Assembly (NCBI GenBank): GCA_012523015.1
Contig: JAAYJI010000005.1
Coordinates: 871-64,870 of the forward strand
Direction: 5' to 3'
From: Candidatus Hydrogenedentota bacterium
GTDB taxonomy: Bacteria; Hydrogenedentota; Hydrogenedentia; Hydrogenedentales; CAITNO01
Length of the DNA stretch: 64,000 nt
Positions within the stretch are counted from its first letter, which is position 1; each line of letters opens with the position of its first letter. The notes under the pieces were generated by a model. The model made no database searches. It was not told the DNA's origin and worked only from the letters and a program-made list of their open reading frames with translations. A program made the translations under genes and the position numbers. Below are positions 52,866 to 63,685 of the stretch, piece by piece.

Positions 52866-53598
52866 GTTCGTTTTGGGCAGCCCCTATCCGAAAAGTCTGG
52901 ATGGCACCCGGCTCCTTGCCAAACAAATTATCTGGTATCCGCAGACCGAATCGACCAATCTGCTCGCCATGGCGTGTGAGACAGACGGAACGGTCTTCAT
53001 AGCGGATCAACAAACGCAAGGCCGCGGCCGGCACGGGACGAAGTGGCACAGCCCTGCCGGTAAAGGCTTGTATTTCAGTGTGAGTCTCAACGGGCCGTTG
53101 CGCGGGATTGCCTTTGCCGCTGCCATTGCCTTATATAATGCCCTTTCCTTGATGATTCCTATACGGCTGAAATGGCCGAACGATTTGTTGTGTAACACGA
53201 GGAAAGTAGGCGGCATTTTGATCGAACAACGGGAGAACCGAATCGCCCTTGGCATTGGTGTGAACGTAAACCATGACTTAGAAGATTTCCCGCCGTCCTT
53301 GCGCCATAAGGCAGGGTCGTTGCGGATAGCAAGCGGCGAAACCAAGGATTTGCAAGCACTGTTCTATACGGTGATCATGCACCTTGACGCCGCTGTGCAG
53401 CGGCTAAAGAGCGGACAATTGCTTGCTGTTCATGAAGAATGGGTCAAAGCCTGTGATTTGATCGGCAAAGAGATTTCTCGTGGCAACATCAGCGGCAGAG
53501 TGACCGCCATTGATATGGAAGGCACGCTCTTCGTCGAGACTATAGCAGGCATACAACGGATTGAATACGGCGACATAACGATCCCCAACAGCCCCTAG
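52852..53598 (+). CDS. birA: Biotin-[acetyl-CoA-carboxylase] ligase (catalytic-domain-only, group I BirA).
   Basis: QTESTN...QQTQGRGRHGTKWHSPAGKGLYFS matches the BPL signature GRGRRGR.W.S..G.GLY.S; KWPNDL motif; C-terminal SH3-like domain. The start is a TTG overlapping the nadC stop by 14 nt and its coordinate is uncertain. Confidence 0.8.
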   Translation: MSTPEFVLGSPYPKSLDGTRLLAKQIIWYPQTESTNLLAMACETDGTVFIADQQTQGRGRHGTKWHSPAGKGLYFSVSLNGPLRGIAFAAAIALYNALSLMIPIRLKWPNDLLCNTRKVGGILIEQRENRIALGIGVNVNHDLEDFPPSLRHKAGSLRIASGETKDLQALFYTVIMHLDAAVQRLKSGQLLAVHEEWVKACDLIGKEISRGNISGRVTAIDMEGTLFVETIAGIQRIEYGDITIPNSP

Positions 53599-53819
53599 CC
53601 GGTGTTGAGGCGCCGCCAATCAAAGATACAGGAGCGCAACATTTTTCTAATCGAATAAAATTGTGATCAAGAGAGCTTGCCCTTTGTTTGCGTTTAGAGC
53701 GACGAAAGACATACAGTAATTTATTCCGTATCCTCTCACGATCATCTCGGCGCGAGAGGGGCAACGCAAAATAAGGCTGAAAATAGTGTTGAACTTTTTG
53801 AAAAAAGGATACTGCAATC

Positions 53820-54596
53820 ATGTTGTTTGTAGTTGATATCGGAAATTCCCATACGGTTTTGGGCTTATACAAAGAAAAGGAACTCTTGGGTCAATGGCGC
53901 GTCTTTACTTCGAATTACCGTACCGGCGATGAATTGTCGATCTTGTTGACCATGCTGTTGCAAAGTATTCAGGTGAATCAACAGGAAATCACCGGTTGCT
54001 GCGTGTCCAGTGTGGTGCCGCCCTTAAACGGCGCCATTCAATATGTGTGCAACCGCGCTTTTGGCATTGATGCGCTGATGGTTGAGCCCGGCGTAAAAAC
54101 GGGTGTTATGCTCCAATGTGAAAATCCGAGGGAAGTGGGCGCAGACCGCATCGCCAATGCCGTTGGCGCCCTCGAAGAATATCCCGGCCCCCTCATCGTC
54201 ATTGATTTTGGAACGGCCATTACCTTCGACGTGATTACAGAGCGTATGGAGTGGCTGGGCGGCGTCATTGCCCCCGGCATACAATTATCGGCAGATTCCC
54301 TTTTTGAACGCTGTGCCCGACTGCCTCGCGTCGATATTGTAGCGCCCAAAGAAGTGATCGGACGCAATACGGTAACCAACATTCAAGCGGGCCTGACCTA
54401 TGGCTATGCGGATATGGTCGATGGCATTGTGGGTCGAATTTGCAATGAACTGGGCCGTGATGCGAAGGTCATTGCGACCGGTGGTTATGCCCGTCGGATA
54501 AGCAGTGTTTCCAAACGTATCGATCTTGTGGATCCGCTCTTGACCCTGAAAGGGCTGCGCGCCATTTACGAACGGAACTTGGGGAAAGGATCATGA
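53820..54596 (+). CDS. coaX: Type III pantothenate kinase.
   Basis: MLFVVDIGNSHTVLGLY (the Bvg-accessory-factor/CoaX N-terminal DIGNT motif), ADR, IVIDFGTAITFD, ATGG. Confidence 0.9.
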   Translation: MLFVVDIGNSHTVLGLYKEKELLGQWRVFTSNYRTGDELSILLTMLLQSIQVNQQEITGCCVSSVVPPLNGAIQYVCNRAFGIDALMVEPGVKTGVMLQCENPREVGADRIANAVGALEEYPGPLIVIDFGTAITFDVITERMEWLGGVIAPGIQLSADSLFERCARLPRVDIVAPKEVIGRNTVTNIQAGLTYGYADMVDGIVGRICNELGRDAKVIATGGYARRISSVSKRIDLVDPLLTLKGLRAIYERNLGKGS

Positions 54597-55186
54597 GAAA
54601 AGTTATCCTAGGTGTTCTGGTATCTCTTTTGCTGGTCAGCGCTTGCAGCAAGCCTGTTCAGGAAGAAAGAGCTGCGCCGATTCTTGAAGATAATACGGGC
54701 GCATTGGTTTCACGAGCGGCGCCCATTGTGGAGCCCATGCAAATGAAGGGGATTAATTTGTACATGCACCGCCCCGCCAGCGCCGATACGGCAACGGGCA
54801 AACCCGAACTGTGGATCAGTGCCGACTCTTTTTCCGTTCAAGAGGAACAGATTTATTCTTTTGAAAAGGCCCATGCCGTCATCTATTCTAAAGATGATCA
54901 GGAAATTACCTTGGATGCTGCACAAGGTATTTTTGAGCAGGACAAAAGTGCGCGCTTGGAAGGAGAAGTGCGGATGGTGGCAGGAAGCTTAAAAATAATG
55001 CTGCATGATATTGAATGGTCTCGGGAAGAAGGTACCCAAGGAACCGCAAAAACAGATCGATCTGTTATTATTGATGATCCGGATTTACAGTTAAACGCTG
55101 CCGGTATGCGCCTCTACCCCGATGAACGTGTTTTTGAACTTACGGACGTGTCCGGCGTGGTGCGTTTTGGAAAGGAACTAACGTGA
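54593..55186 (+). CDS. lptC: LptC-like periplasmic LPS-export protein, lipoprotein-anchored variant.
   Basis: Lipobox LVSAC; about 190 aa, predicted all-beta; overlaps the coaX stop (ATGA) and lptA (ATGA), directly upstream of the lptA-like and lptB genes. Assigned by size and context; sequence similarity is weak. Confidence 0.5.
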   Translation: MRKVILGVLVSLLLVSACSKPVQEERAAPILEDNTGALVSRAAPIVEPMQMKGINLYMHRPASADTATGKPELWISADSFSVQEEQIYSFEKAHAVIYSKDDQEITLDAAQGIFEQDKSARLEGEVRMVAGSLKIMLHDIEWSREEGTQGTAKTDRSVIIDDPDLQLNAAGMRLYPDERVFELTDVSGVVRFGKELT

Positions 55187-56064
55187 TTCCTAAAAAGATT
55201 TTCATAATCGCCTTATGTTTTTTGAGTCTGCCGCTAATGGCGCAAACAGACAGCGGCATGGGCGGCTATTCCTCAATGGAAATAGAAGCCGGTACGATGA
55301 AAGGTAATTTCGCGACCGGCGCCATCGAAGAGATGACCGGCGGTGTACGTATACGGCTTCTCTCCGATGAACCCGGCTTGGCTGACTTGCCCATCGAAGC
55401 CGGTACCATGAAATTTACCTGGGAAAAAGGGCGTGCCACACCGGCGACGGTGGTCATGGAAAGTAATGTCAAGGTTAAGCACCCCGATGCCGAGATCAGC
55501 GCGGGCCGTGCAGAATGGAATTTTAATTCGGGGGAACTCGTCTTTTCCGGCAATCCCGTCGTGAATAGCGAGCGGCTGCAGGGTTTGCGCGGTGAAAAGA
55601 TGATTCTAAATCTGAAAACCAATACTTTTGAGGTTACCCGCGTACGAGCCGATCAGGTGCCTTTGCATGGCGCTGCAAATGGTGCCGCTGCGCCCGCCTC
55701 CAAAGCCTATGAATTGCGCAAGGATGATATTAAAGACTGGCCCGGTCTCATGAACGCCATTAAGGCGGAAGCCGCTTCAGCCGATCCTTCTCCCGGTCGT
55801 CAGATCCTCAAGCAGATGTCAACGCAAAACCAGCAACTGCTGCTTCAGATGGAAACGGCGCAGTTGGTCGAACGCAAAGAAGATATTTTACGACTCTTTA
55901 ACGGCATATTGCCGGCACAGGGATTCTATGCTGCCGATGCGTGGGCAGGTAAAACATTATCTGACGAAGCACGCCAATTGACGGCTGCCGACAATCTTGA
56001 ACAAAATGATTTGAGTAAGCTGAACCGGCTTCTATTGGAAGCCGCTTATCCTTTTGCATTCTAA
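55183..56064 (+). CDS. lptA: LptA/OstA-like periplasmic LPS transport protein.
   Basis: Signal peptide (IIALCFLSLPLMAQ); OstA-N-like beta-jellyroll segment with I.A..M.....G...F.GNV pattern (IEAGTMKGNFATG; IEAGTMKFTW); located between the lptC-like gene and lptB. Confidence 0.5.
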   Translation: MIPKKIFIIALCFLSLPLMAQTDSGMGGYSSMEIEAGTMKGNFATGAIEEMTGGVRIRLLSDEPGLADLPIEAGTMKFTWEKGRATPATVVMESNVKVKHPDAEISAGRAEWNFNSGELVFSGNPVVNSERLQGLRGEKMILNLKTNTFEVTRVRADQVPLHGAANGAAAPASKAYELRKDDIKDWPGLMNAIKAEAASADPSPGRQILKQMSTQNQQLLLQMETAQLVERKEDILRLFNGILPAQGFYAADAWAGKTLSDEARQLTAADNLEQNDLSKLNRLLLEAAYPFAF

Positions 56065-56085
56065 TCCAACTTAAAGGAGCGCACG

Positions 56086-56823
56086 GTGTCAACGGACCAA
56101 CAGGCATTACTTTATATGGAAGGCCTGACCAAGGCATTTAAAAAACGGGTCGTTGTCCGAGAAATTTCTCTTGCCTTGGAGGCAGGCGAGGTGGTGGGGC
56201 TCCTTGGTCCGAATGGTGCCGGTAAAACCACTACCTTTAGTATGATTGTCGGGCTTTTGAAACCCGATGCCGGCACCATACACTTCGACGGCATTAACAT
56301 TACCAAGACGCCCTTGTATCGCCGTGCCCGCGCCGGAATTGCCTATTTGCCCCAAGAGCCCTCTGTCTTCCAACAATTGACGGTGCGGCAAAACCTTCAA
56401 GCCGTGTTGGAATACCAATCGCTGAAACGCGCGGAACGTATCGCGCGCATCGACAGCGTCATGACCGAACTCAATATCACCCATCTCTCCGACAGTCCTG
56501 CCTATACCTTGTCCGGGGGAGAACGGCGCCGCACGGAAATTGCTCGCGCCCTTGTTATCGAACCGCGAATATTTCTGTTGGATGAGCCTTTCGCAGGTAT
56601 TGATCCCATTGCTGTAGCCGATTTACAGCTGATTGTCCGCGACCTGAGTAAGCGGGGAATCGGCGTTCTTATAACCGATCATAATGTACGTGATACACTG
56701 GCTATTACAGACTACGCCTACATCATCAATGAAGGCTCTCTATTGGCAGCGGGTAAGCCTCAAGATATTGCTGAGGATCCGCTCGTTCGAAAAATATATC
56801 TTGCCGAAAAATTCCGCCTATAA
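56086..56823 (+). CDS. lptB: LPS export ABC transporter ATP-binding protein LptB.
   Basis: Walker A GPNGAGKTT, Q-loop, signature LSGGERRR.EIARAL, Walker B FLLDEPFAGIDP, and the LptB-specific GIGVLITDHNVR.TL H-motif region. Confidence 0.9.
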   Translation: MSTDQQALLYMEGLTKAFKKRVVVREISLALEAGEVVGLLGPNGAGKTTTFSMIVGLLKPDAGTIHFDGINITKTPLYRRARAGIAYLPQEPSVFQQLTVRQNLQAVLEYQSLKRAERIARIDSVMTELNITHLSDSPAYTLSGGERRRTEIARALVIEPRIFLLDEPFAGIDPIAVADLQLIVRDLSKRGIGVLITDHNVRDTLAITDYAYIINEGSLLAAGKPQDIAEDPLVRKIYLAEKFRL

Positions 56824-56876
56824 CTAAATATATTTTAACGAGTTGTATTTCTTCAATCCCAGAGAGGAGATGCATT

Positions 56877-58055
56877 ATGAACCGACGCAATTTTTTAATG
56901 CACAGCGCCGCTGCTGCCGCTGTGCTGACCCACCAACAAGTCCGAGCACAGGACAGTAAGACCACAAAGAAATATCGTGCTTGCATTATCGGCGACTCCC
57001 TTCAAGGTAAATACGGACACGGGCTCCACATGGCTTGGGGACTGCGCGATGAGGTCGAAGTGGTCGCCTTGGCCGATCCCGATGAGGCGGGCCGTGAAAA
57101 ACACGCCAAAGAATCGGGGGCATTGCGTCAGTACAGTGACTACAGAGAGATGCTTGAAAAAGAGTCTCCCGACTTGGTCACCATTGGTCCGCGCTGGACG
57201 AATAAACACCGTGAGTATTTATTGGCTTGTGCCGCCATAGGAGCCCACGGCTTCATAGAAAAGCCGCTGACCCCCGATCTTGCCGAGGCAGATGAGGTGG
57301 TCGCAGGGATGACCGCCAAAAATCTGAAGTGGGCAATAGCCTTTAATTTTCGTACCGACCCCGTCATTGCCCACGCTAAGAAAATGCTTTTCGAAGAGAA
57401 ACTTATCGGCGATATTCTGGAGATTCGAGGTCGCGGAAAAGAAGATGTCCGCTCAGGTGGTGAAGATTTGATCGTCTTGGGAATTCATCTCTTCGACATG
57501 ATGATTTATTTTTTGGGAAAGCCCAGCTGGTGTGCAGCGCGTATTTTGACCGATGGACGCTTGTCCACGCGCCAAGACATTACACTTCCGCAAAAGGAGC
57601 TTCTCGGTCCTATCGTCGGCGATAGTCTTCATGCCGTTTATGGATTTAAAGGGGAGATTCCCGGATACTTTGCGTCCACTAAAGTCAACGAAAAAAATCC
57701 CGGTCGCTACGGCATGGACATTTATGGTAGTAAAGGGATGGCTACCATTCGCATTGATCCGCGCCCCACGGTGTATTACACCCTTTCGCCGTCATGGGTT
57801 TCCGGCGGCGGCGCAGCAGAATGGACGCCGCTCCCCGACGCGCCGACTGTGCCGCTCCGTCGCCCCGAAATCGTCAGTGATTATGCGCCCATTATCGACG
57901 ATTTGATGGCGGCCATAGCGGAAGACCGCCAGCCGCAGGTTTCCATTGAGGACGGGCGGCAAGCCACCGAAATGATTCAAGCTGTTTTTGACGCACATTT
58001 TAACGGCGGCTATGTGGATATGCCCCTAAAGCAACGTTCTCATCCCTTAATTTAA
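56877..58055 (+). CDS. TAT-exported Gfo/Idh/MocA family oxidoreductase (second copy).
   Basis: Twin-arginine motif NRRNFLMHSAAAAAV; the Rossmann-like N-terminus is atypical (RACIIGDSLQGKYGHG); EKP motif (GFIEKPLTP); AGAGGAG RBS. Confidence 0.8.
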   Translation: MNRRNFLMHSAAAAAVLTHQQVRAQDSKTTKKYRACIIGDSLQGKYGHGLHMAWGLRDEVEVVALADPDEAGREKHAKESGALRQYSDYREMLEKESPDLVTIGPRWTNKHREYLLACAAIGAHGFIEKPLTPDLAEADEVVAGMTAKNLKWAIAFNFRTDPVIAHAKKMLFEEKLIGDILEIRGRGKEDVRSGGEDLIVLGIHLFDMMIYFLGKPSWCAARILTDGRLSTRQDITLPQKELLGPIVGDSLHAVYGFKGEIPGYFASTKVNEKNPGRYGMDIYGSKGMATIRIDPRPTVYYTLSPSWVSGGGAAEWTPLPDAPTVPLRRPEIVSDYAPIIDDLMAAIAEDRQPQVSIEDGRQATEMIQAVFDAHFNGGYVDMPLKQRSHPLI

Positions 58056-58174
58056 CTAGCGATAATCAAGACTGCGCTGTCCATGGAATAGGCGACCCTT
58101 TAAAAGTGTTGTCCCAGTATTCACGTCAAATCAAATGGAAATGAACGCTTTAACCACGAATGGAGGAAACAACA

Positions 58175-58663
58175 ATGGCAAAGGTCACATTTCACGATAA
58201 CCCCGCAAACACCTGTGGTGATTTACCTGCAGTTGGCTCCAACGCCCCTGAATTCACATTGACCGGTAATGATTTAGCAGAATTTGCATTGCCCGCTACG
58301 GGGAAGGTTCTTCTGAATATCTTCCCAAGTATTGATACGCCTGTTTGCGCCGCTTCTGTGCGCCAATTCAATGCCAAAGCCGCTGATCAAGTTCAAGTAC
58401 TTTGTATTTCTGCTGATCTGCCCTTCGCACAAGCTCGGTTTTGCGGCGCTGAAGGTATCGAAAACCTGAAAATGCTTTCCGTATTCCGACACCCTGAATT
58501 TGGACGAGCCTACGGCGTATCCCTTGTTGACAGCCCCATAGCGGGACTCCTCGCTCGGGCCGTCGTCATTGTCGACAATAACAAAGTCGTCTATACGCAA
58601 CTCGTTCCGGAAATCACTACGGAACCCGATTATGAAGCTGCCTTAAAAGCATTGGGCGCGTGA
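58175..58663 (+). CDS. tpx: Thiol peroxidase (atypical 2-Cys peroxiredoxin).
   Basis: Start at MAKVTF with a GGAGGAAAC RBS; Tpx signature FPSIDTPVCA (peroxidatic Cys) and resolving Cys in ...ARFCGAEG.... Confidence 0.9.
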   Translation: MAKVTFHDNPANTCGDLPAVGSNAPEFTLTGNDLAEFALPATGKVLLNIFPSIDTPVCAASVRQFNAKAADQVQVLCISADLPFAQARFCGAEGIENLKMLSVFRHPEFGRAYGVSLVDSPIAGLLARAVVIVDNNKVVYTQLVPEITTEPDYEAALKALGA

Positions 58664-58840
58664 CCGCCCTCTTTGGTGTGTCTGTCCCCTATGTGCTAGT
58701 GCACGGCGTGTCCTTAGCTTTTGTCTCACAGGACAAGCCGTTGCCGTGGTATAAAAATTTTTGGGTTACTCGTGCTTCTGTTACACTTTCCTATAGAACA
58801 ATACGATTTAATAGGTCCCGGATGAAAGGAAAGTACAGAT

Positions 58841-61129
58841 ATGTTTTCGCTATCGTTACCAAAAAGACTAACACTCGGCCGCGTGCTTTGTCGGACATCA
58901 CTGCTGCTGTCGGGGTTCCTCATGCTTTTTGTGGCGCTCGGGTGTGATCTCTTTGAAGACAACAGCTTCACCGAATTAAGCAATCCTATGAAACGCATGT
59001 TCAAGGGCCGCCTCACCTATGGTGTTGGAGAATCGCCCTATGAGATTCTCAGCGGTGACTTCAACAAAGACGGCTTGAATGATCTGGTTACCTTAAATAT
59101 TGGCGATGAAAGCGCGACTGTGCTGCTGGCGCAAGGCAGTTCTTTTGCAGCGCCTGTCAGCTATGACGTCGGTCCCAGCCCGCGCACCGGCGCTGTGGCG
59201 GATTTGGATGGCAACGGCACCCTTGATTTGGTCATCGTCAATGAGAGCATCGATCAGCTGACCTTGCTTTACGGAAATGGTGATGGCACCTTTACTGATG
59301 GCGTCGTCTTAACCTTGCCCGCCGGCTCATCGCCGGGAAACGTTTTTGTCTACGACCTAAACCAGGATGGTTATGTCGATATCATTACGGCGAATGGCGG
59401 CAATGATTCCATCAGCATTTTCACCGGTGCCGAAGAAGGCGAATTTTTAGAAGCCCATTCTTTTTCTGTCGGACAGCGTCCTTTGGGCTTGTGGGCAGGC
59501 AACTTGAAAGGGGGGCCTTACGCGGACATACTCGTCGCCAACCAAGGTTCTAATGCTGTATCGTTACTTGAGTTTGATGGTACCCAATATCTTCCAACCA
59601 AGCTCATTCCCTGCGGCAAATCGCCCCGGTTTTTAAAAGTTGTCGATTTGAATTTGGACGGTCATCTAGACTTGATTGTCAACAATCTGGACCAAAATTA
59701 CCTGTCCATTTTGTTGGGGCTCGGTGACGGCGAATTTAGCCAAGAAATGCATTTTACTTTTCCCGGACCCATTGGGCGTTTTGTAGTGGAAGATTTCAAT
59801 CACGATAATTACCCTGATGTGGTTGCCTTGCGTTTTAATGGCGCCGGCGCAGCACGCCAACCTGCCGGTATGTTCTGCTTCGCCGCCGGAAATGGACTCG
59901 GCGGATTTGAACAAGTGCAGGTCTACGGCGCAGGATGGCGCGCCATTGGTTTGGTCGCCGCCGATATGAACGCGAATCAATCCTTGGATATCGTGACCTC
60001 TGATTTGGCGCGGAATACCGTGTCTGTAATCTATAGCCGCGGGGACGGCAGCTTTGAATCCGATCAGCGCTTTAATCTCGGCACACGACCGGGCCCCGCC
60101 GTTTTAGGTGATTTTAATGCAGATGGGATTAAAGATGTCGCTGTTGCCAATCGCGGTACGAACAATATCTCTATTTTGTTGGGTGAAGGCGACGGCAGCT
60201 TTACGCCTGCCAGACCATTGCTGCTCACCCAATCACCGGTTGTCATGGCTGTTGGGGATCTCAATAAGGACGGGAAAGACGATCTTGTCATTTATTTGAA
60301 CCAACAATATGTTGTTTGGGTGTACCTCGCCTCAGATGACGGCGCTTTCTCAGCGCCTAAAGCCTATAATTTGTTGAACAGCAATCAAGGCTTGCCGCCT
60401 CAGGTCATGTCTATTGCCTTGGGCGATATGGACAAGGACGGTAACCTTGACATTGTCGCCGGAAACACCAAACGGGATTCGGTTTCCGTTCTTCTCAATA
60501 ATGGTTCCGGACATTTTCCCAACCGCGTAATTACCGAAGTGGATAATTTCCCCTTGGCAGTAGAGGTTGTGGATGTCAACAATGACGGTATACTGGATCT
60601 CCTGCTCGTATCCAGCAACGATCCGGAAGTGCCTACTGATGCCGCTGAACCCCGCGTAGCCCGTTGGTTCGGTATTGGCGATGGTTCCTTCGACCCGGAA
60701 ACACAACTGCGATTTGCCACAGGACCGGGACCGAGGGCGTTGAGGGTAGGGGATATATCCGGAAATGGCCGTCCTGACGTGGTCACCGTTCATACGGGCA
60801 AGGATAGTCTCTATTTGTTGAAAGGTGTCAGCGACACGAATTTCGCGCCCGGCACCAAGATGATCGTTGGAGAAAAACCCACCATGGTAGCCCTTCACGA
60901 TCTAAATCGAGACGGAAAAAAAGATCTCATTTATTCTTTGAACGGCGGCAGCGTTGTGGTTTCTCTGAGCCGAGGCGACCTTGCCTTTGAAGGACCGAAT
61001 AATTTTATTATCACGCCCGGCGCAGTGAATCTGCTGGTGGCTGATTTAAATGGCGACCAATTCCCTGACCTTATAACGATTAATGCAGGCTCGGAAGATC
61101 TGTCGGTCGTTTTGGGCGGCGCAATTTAA
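58841..61129 (+). CDS. FG-GAP/VCBS repeat lipoprotein (integrin-alpha-like beta-propeller repeats).
   Basis: Lipobox LGC; more than 10 repeats of the D.N.DG..D.. / GDFNKDG..D calcium-binding FG-GAP pattern (GDFNKDGLNDLV, DLDGNGTLDLV, DLNQDGYVDII, DLNLDGHLDLI, GDLNKDGKDDLV, DMDKDGNLDIV, and others). Confidence 0.65.
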   Translation: MFSLSLPKRLTLGRVLCRTSLLLSGFLMLFVALGCDLFEDNSFTELSNPMKRMFKGRLTYGVGESPYEILSGDFNKDGLNDLVTLNIGDESATVLLAQGSSFAAPVSYDVGPSPRTGAVADLDGNGTLDLVIVNESIDQLTLLYGNGDGTFTDGVVLTLPAGSSPGNVFVYDLNQDGYVDIITANGGNDSISIFTGAEEGEFLEAHSFSVGQRPLGLWAGNLKGGPYADILVANQGSNAVSLLEFDGTQYLPTKLIPCGKSPRFLKVVDLNLDGHLDLIVNNLDQNYLSILLGLGDGEFSQEMHFTFPGPIGRFVVEDFNHDNYPDVVALRFNGAGAARQPAGMFCFAAGNGLGGFEQVQVYGAGWRAIGLVAADMNANQSLDIVTSDLARNTVSVIYSRGDGSFESDQRFNLGTRPGPAVLGDFNADGIKDVAVANRGTNNISILLGEGDGSFTPARPLLLTQSPVVMAVGDLNKDGKDDLVIYLNQQYVVWVYLASDDGAFSAPKAYNLLNSNQGLPPQVMSIALGDMDKDGNLDIVAGNTKRDSVSVLLNNGSGHFPNRVITEVDNFPLAVEVVDVNNDGILDLLLVSSNDPEVPTDAAEPRVARWFGIGDGSFDPETQLRFATGPGPRALRVGDISGNGRPDVVTVHTGKDSLYLLKGVSDTNFAPGTKMIVGEKPTMVALHDLNRDGKKDLIYSLNGGSVVVSLSRGDLAFEGPNNFIITPGAVNLLVADLNGDQFPDLITINAGSEDLSVVLGGAI

Positions 61130-61276
61130 ATCATTTTTTGCTATGATAAAAGAATATACTTATCGCCATCGTAAAAGCGTCCCGTAATTACATGATGTTT
61201 TATTGTGACTTATGGGCATCATTTGCTACTGCCATAGCAAGGTGTTAGATACTTTTACAGAAGGAAAAGTAAAATT

Positions 61277-63685
61277 ATGATAAACCATACAATTCCACTG
61301 GGAGGTATTGGTACAGGCTACCTGCTCCTAGATCAATGGGGGCGTTTTTTTTCCCACTTGCCCTATGAGGGCATGAAAAGCCTTCCCCTCAATAACACCT
61401 TCTCCTGCATCCGCGTCCAAAAGCAGGGCGCGCAGCCTTATCTGCGTCTGCTGTGTGGGAAATTGAACGGCTACACGCGCTTCTATCCCAACGCGCTGCC
61501 ACCCTTATTAAATGAAGATGAATACCAACGGGACTATGCTTATCCTTGGGCTAATTTCAAGTGTTCTTATCCGCAAACGCCTGTCTCTATTTCGTGGCGT
61601 TATTTCTCACCTTTTGTTCCCTATGATCCTGTTGCCGCTGCCATGCCCCTGGAGCTGATGCAGCTGCGCGTTGTAAATAAAAATCCTTTCCCCGTCCGTG
61701 TTAGCGTGTTGTTTTTGGTTGATAATCTGCTCTTGCTAGACAGTAACTCCCGAACATCCGGTAAAGGAAATGTCTATGCTGTTCAAAGCAGTTTGCAGCA
61801 AGCTATGGTGGATCAATTTAAAGCCAATGGCTTCCGGGGCACCATTACCGAACTGCCGCCGGAGATGGTCAAAAGCTACGAGTTTAACGGGCTTGTTTTT
61901 GGTGAACGACGCAAAGACGATTCCCATGTGTCGCCGTTCAATGCCTGCCTTATGCTGAAGAAGCATCCTTCAACCAAGATTTCCCTGGGCGCTTATGATC
62001 CCGAAGATATAGAAAAATCAGAACGGTTTTGGCGTTACTTTACGAAGTCGGGAACCGTCCCCGCTCCTCGCATCCCACAACCTATGAAAGGGGCCGCCCT
62101 AGTGGCGACGACGGATTTACCTGCGGGATCCGCCCACCAATTTAACAAAGTATTCGTATGGTATTTGCCGGAGAATCAACTAGACAAAATAAAAAGCGGC
62201 CGAGATGAAGCCTCAAACGTCAGCTCCAGTTCGCAAGGAGTCGCTCAATATGCCTTGCAGCATATTGATTATTACGCCACAGCCGTTGATAAATGGCAAC
62301 AAAAATTGTTAACGTCGAATTTGCCGCCTGAATTTGTGAGTGCCTTGCTGCATGCAAGCCGTTCCTTTACGACGCAAAGCAGTTATAATGGTGACGGTCA
62401 TTTGATGTTGTGGGCAGGTGTGGCGAACTGTGCTAAACGCGCTTGTTCGTGGAATTTTCTCACCGGTATGGCCTTTCTCATTTTCTCGCCCCATTATCAC
62501 ACCAAGGCGATAACCGAATGTTTCGCCCGCATCAATCATTTATTAACATCCAACGAATATCCCAACACACCGGAGTCGCTGTCCTGTACGGCGAGCTTAT
62601 TTCTTTCCGCCTATGCAGACGCCCTTTTCCTCGGACATCGTGCACGTTTGGCGGAATGGCTGAAGCCCATGGAAAATATCGTTGATACAGTGCTGCATGA
62701 TTTTAAGGATGGAAGCCCGTCCATGGGGGCACTGCGCAGCGCCTTTGATCTTCGTGGCATGGGCTTGTGGGCGGGCGCGCTCTCCGTGTTTTCCCTCATG
62801 CTCCACGAAGTCGGCGAGAGTCAAAAAGCGGACAAGTACCAACAAATGGCGACTGTGTTCAGTCTCAGTTATGGAGATGAAATTTATAAAAAATTGGTGC
62901 CGCCCGAGGCTTCCGGCAGCAACGGGACGGAAGCGAGCCCCGCCTCCGCGTCAGAAATTGACAGTATCCTATTGGAGGGTCCTTGCAGTCTCAGTTTGTT
63001 GGGTATAGAACCGAAAATCGCCTTCAAAAAGACCTTGAAATATCATTGGCAGTCTTCCAAAAATCAGGCTACAGCTGCGGGGCGCAGTACGCAAGATTTT
63101 TTGGGGAACGTCGTTGATACCATCGTCGGTCAATTTTATAAGAGGTCGTCGGATTCAGAAGCGGAAAATATCAAGGACAGCCTCAGCCACTTGGTCGAAG
63201 CCTATTATCTCCATGTTCAAGAGCAAGAGAGCAAAAGGGAAACTGCGTTTACGGAGTCCTTGTCCATGTGGGCTGTCCTGCAAATGATTAATGGATTCTA
63301 TTACGACGCGCTGCACCAATCGCTCTATCTGCGTCCTATTATGATCAATGATGAAGCGCTGCGACTACCCTTATTTACACCCCTGTCCATGGGGGATCTC
63401 GTGGTTCAAAAAAATGCGTCAGGCCGACCCGGCGTAACCTTTACCTTTTCCATCGAAATTCCTGTGTCGATCCAGTCGGTCAATATTCTGCTGCCCATGG
63501 TTATGGATAGTATTGTGGTGGAATGCAATAACGATGGTCATAGCGAGTCGGTTGAATCGACCGTAACGGCCAACGACGACAGCACCCACTTGTCCATAAC
63601 CTTTAAGAAGCCCCTCAAAGTATTGAACGATTTTGCCCTTCGTATTACCGACACCAGCCAAAACCAAACCCGTACGCAATCATGA
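61277..63685 (+). CDS. GH116-like (GBA2 / non-lysosomal glucosylceramidase-type) glycoside hydrolase family protein.
   Basis: N-terminal [19 protein letters not shown] matches the GH116 N-terminal beta-sandwich signature (PLGGIGTG.I); roughly 800-aa two-domain size fits an N-terminal beta-sandwich plus (alpha/alpha)6 barrel. Confidence 0.55.
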   Translation: MINHTIPLGGIGTGYLLLDQWGRFFSHLPYEGMKSLPLNNTFSCIRVQKQGAQPYLRLLCGKLNGYTRFYPNALPPLLNEDEYQRDYAYPWANFKCSYPQTPVSISWRYFSPFVPYDPVAAAMPLELMQLRVVNKNPFPVRVSVLFLVDNLLLLDSNSRTSGKGNVYAVQSSLQQAMVDQFKANGFRGTITELPPEMVKSYEFNGLVFGERRKDDSHVSPFNACLMLKKHPSTKISLGAYDPEDIEKSERFWRYFTKSGTVPAPRIPQPMKGAALVATTDLPAGSAHQFNKVFVWYLPENQLDKIKSGRDEASNVSSSSQGVAQYALQHIDYYATAVDKWQQKLLTSNLPPEFVSALLHASRSFTTQSSYNGDGHLMLWAGVANCAKRACSWNFLTGMAFLIFSPHYHTKAITECFARINHLLTSNEYPNTPESLSCTASLFLSAYADALFLGHRARLAEWLKPMENIVDTVLHDFKDGSPSMGALRSAFDLRGMGLWAGALSVFSLMLHEVGESQKADKYQQMATVFSLSYGDEIYKKLVPPEASGSNGTEASPASASEIDSILLEGPCSLSLLGIEPKIAFKKTLKYHWQSSKNQATAAGRSTQDFLGNVVDTIVGQFYKRSSDSEAENIKDSLSHLVEAYYLHVQEQESKRETAFTESLSMWAVLQMINGFYYDALHQSLYLRPIMINDEALRLPLFTPLSMGDLVVQKNASGRPGVTFTFSIEIPVSIQSVNILLPMVMDSIVVECNNDGHSESVESTVTANDDSTHLSITFKKPLKVLNDFALRITDTSQNQTRTQS

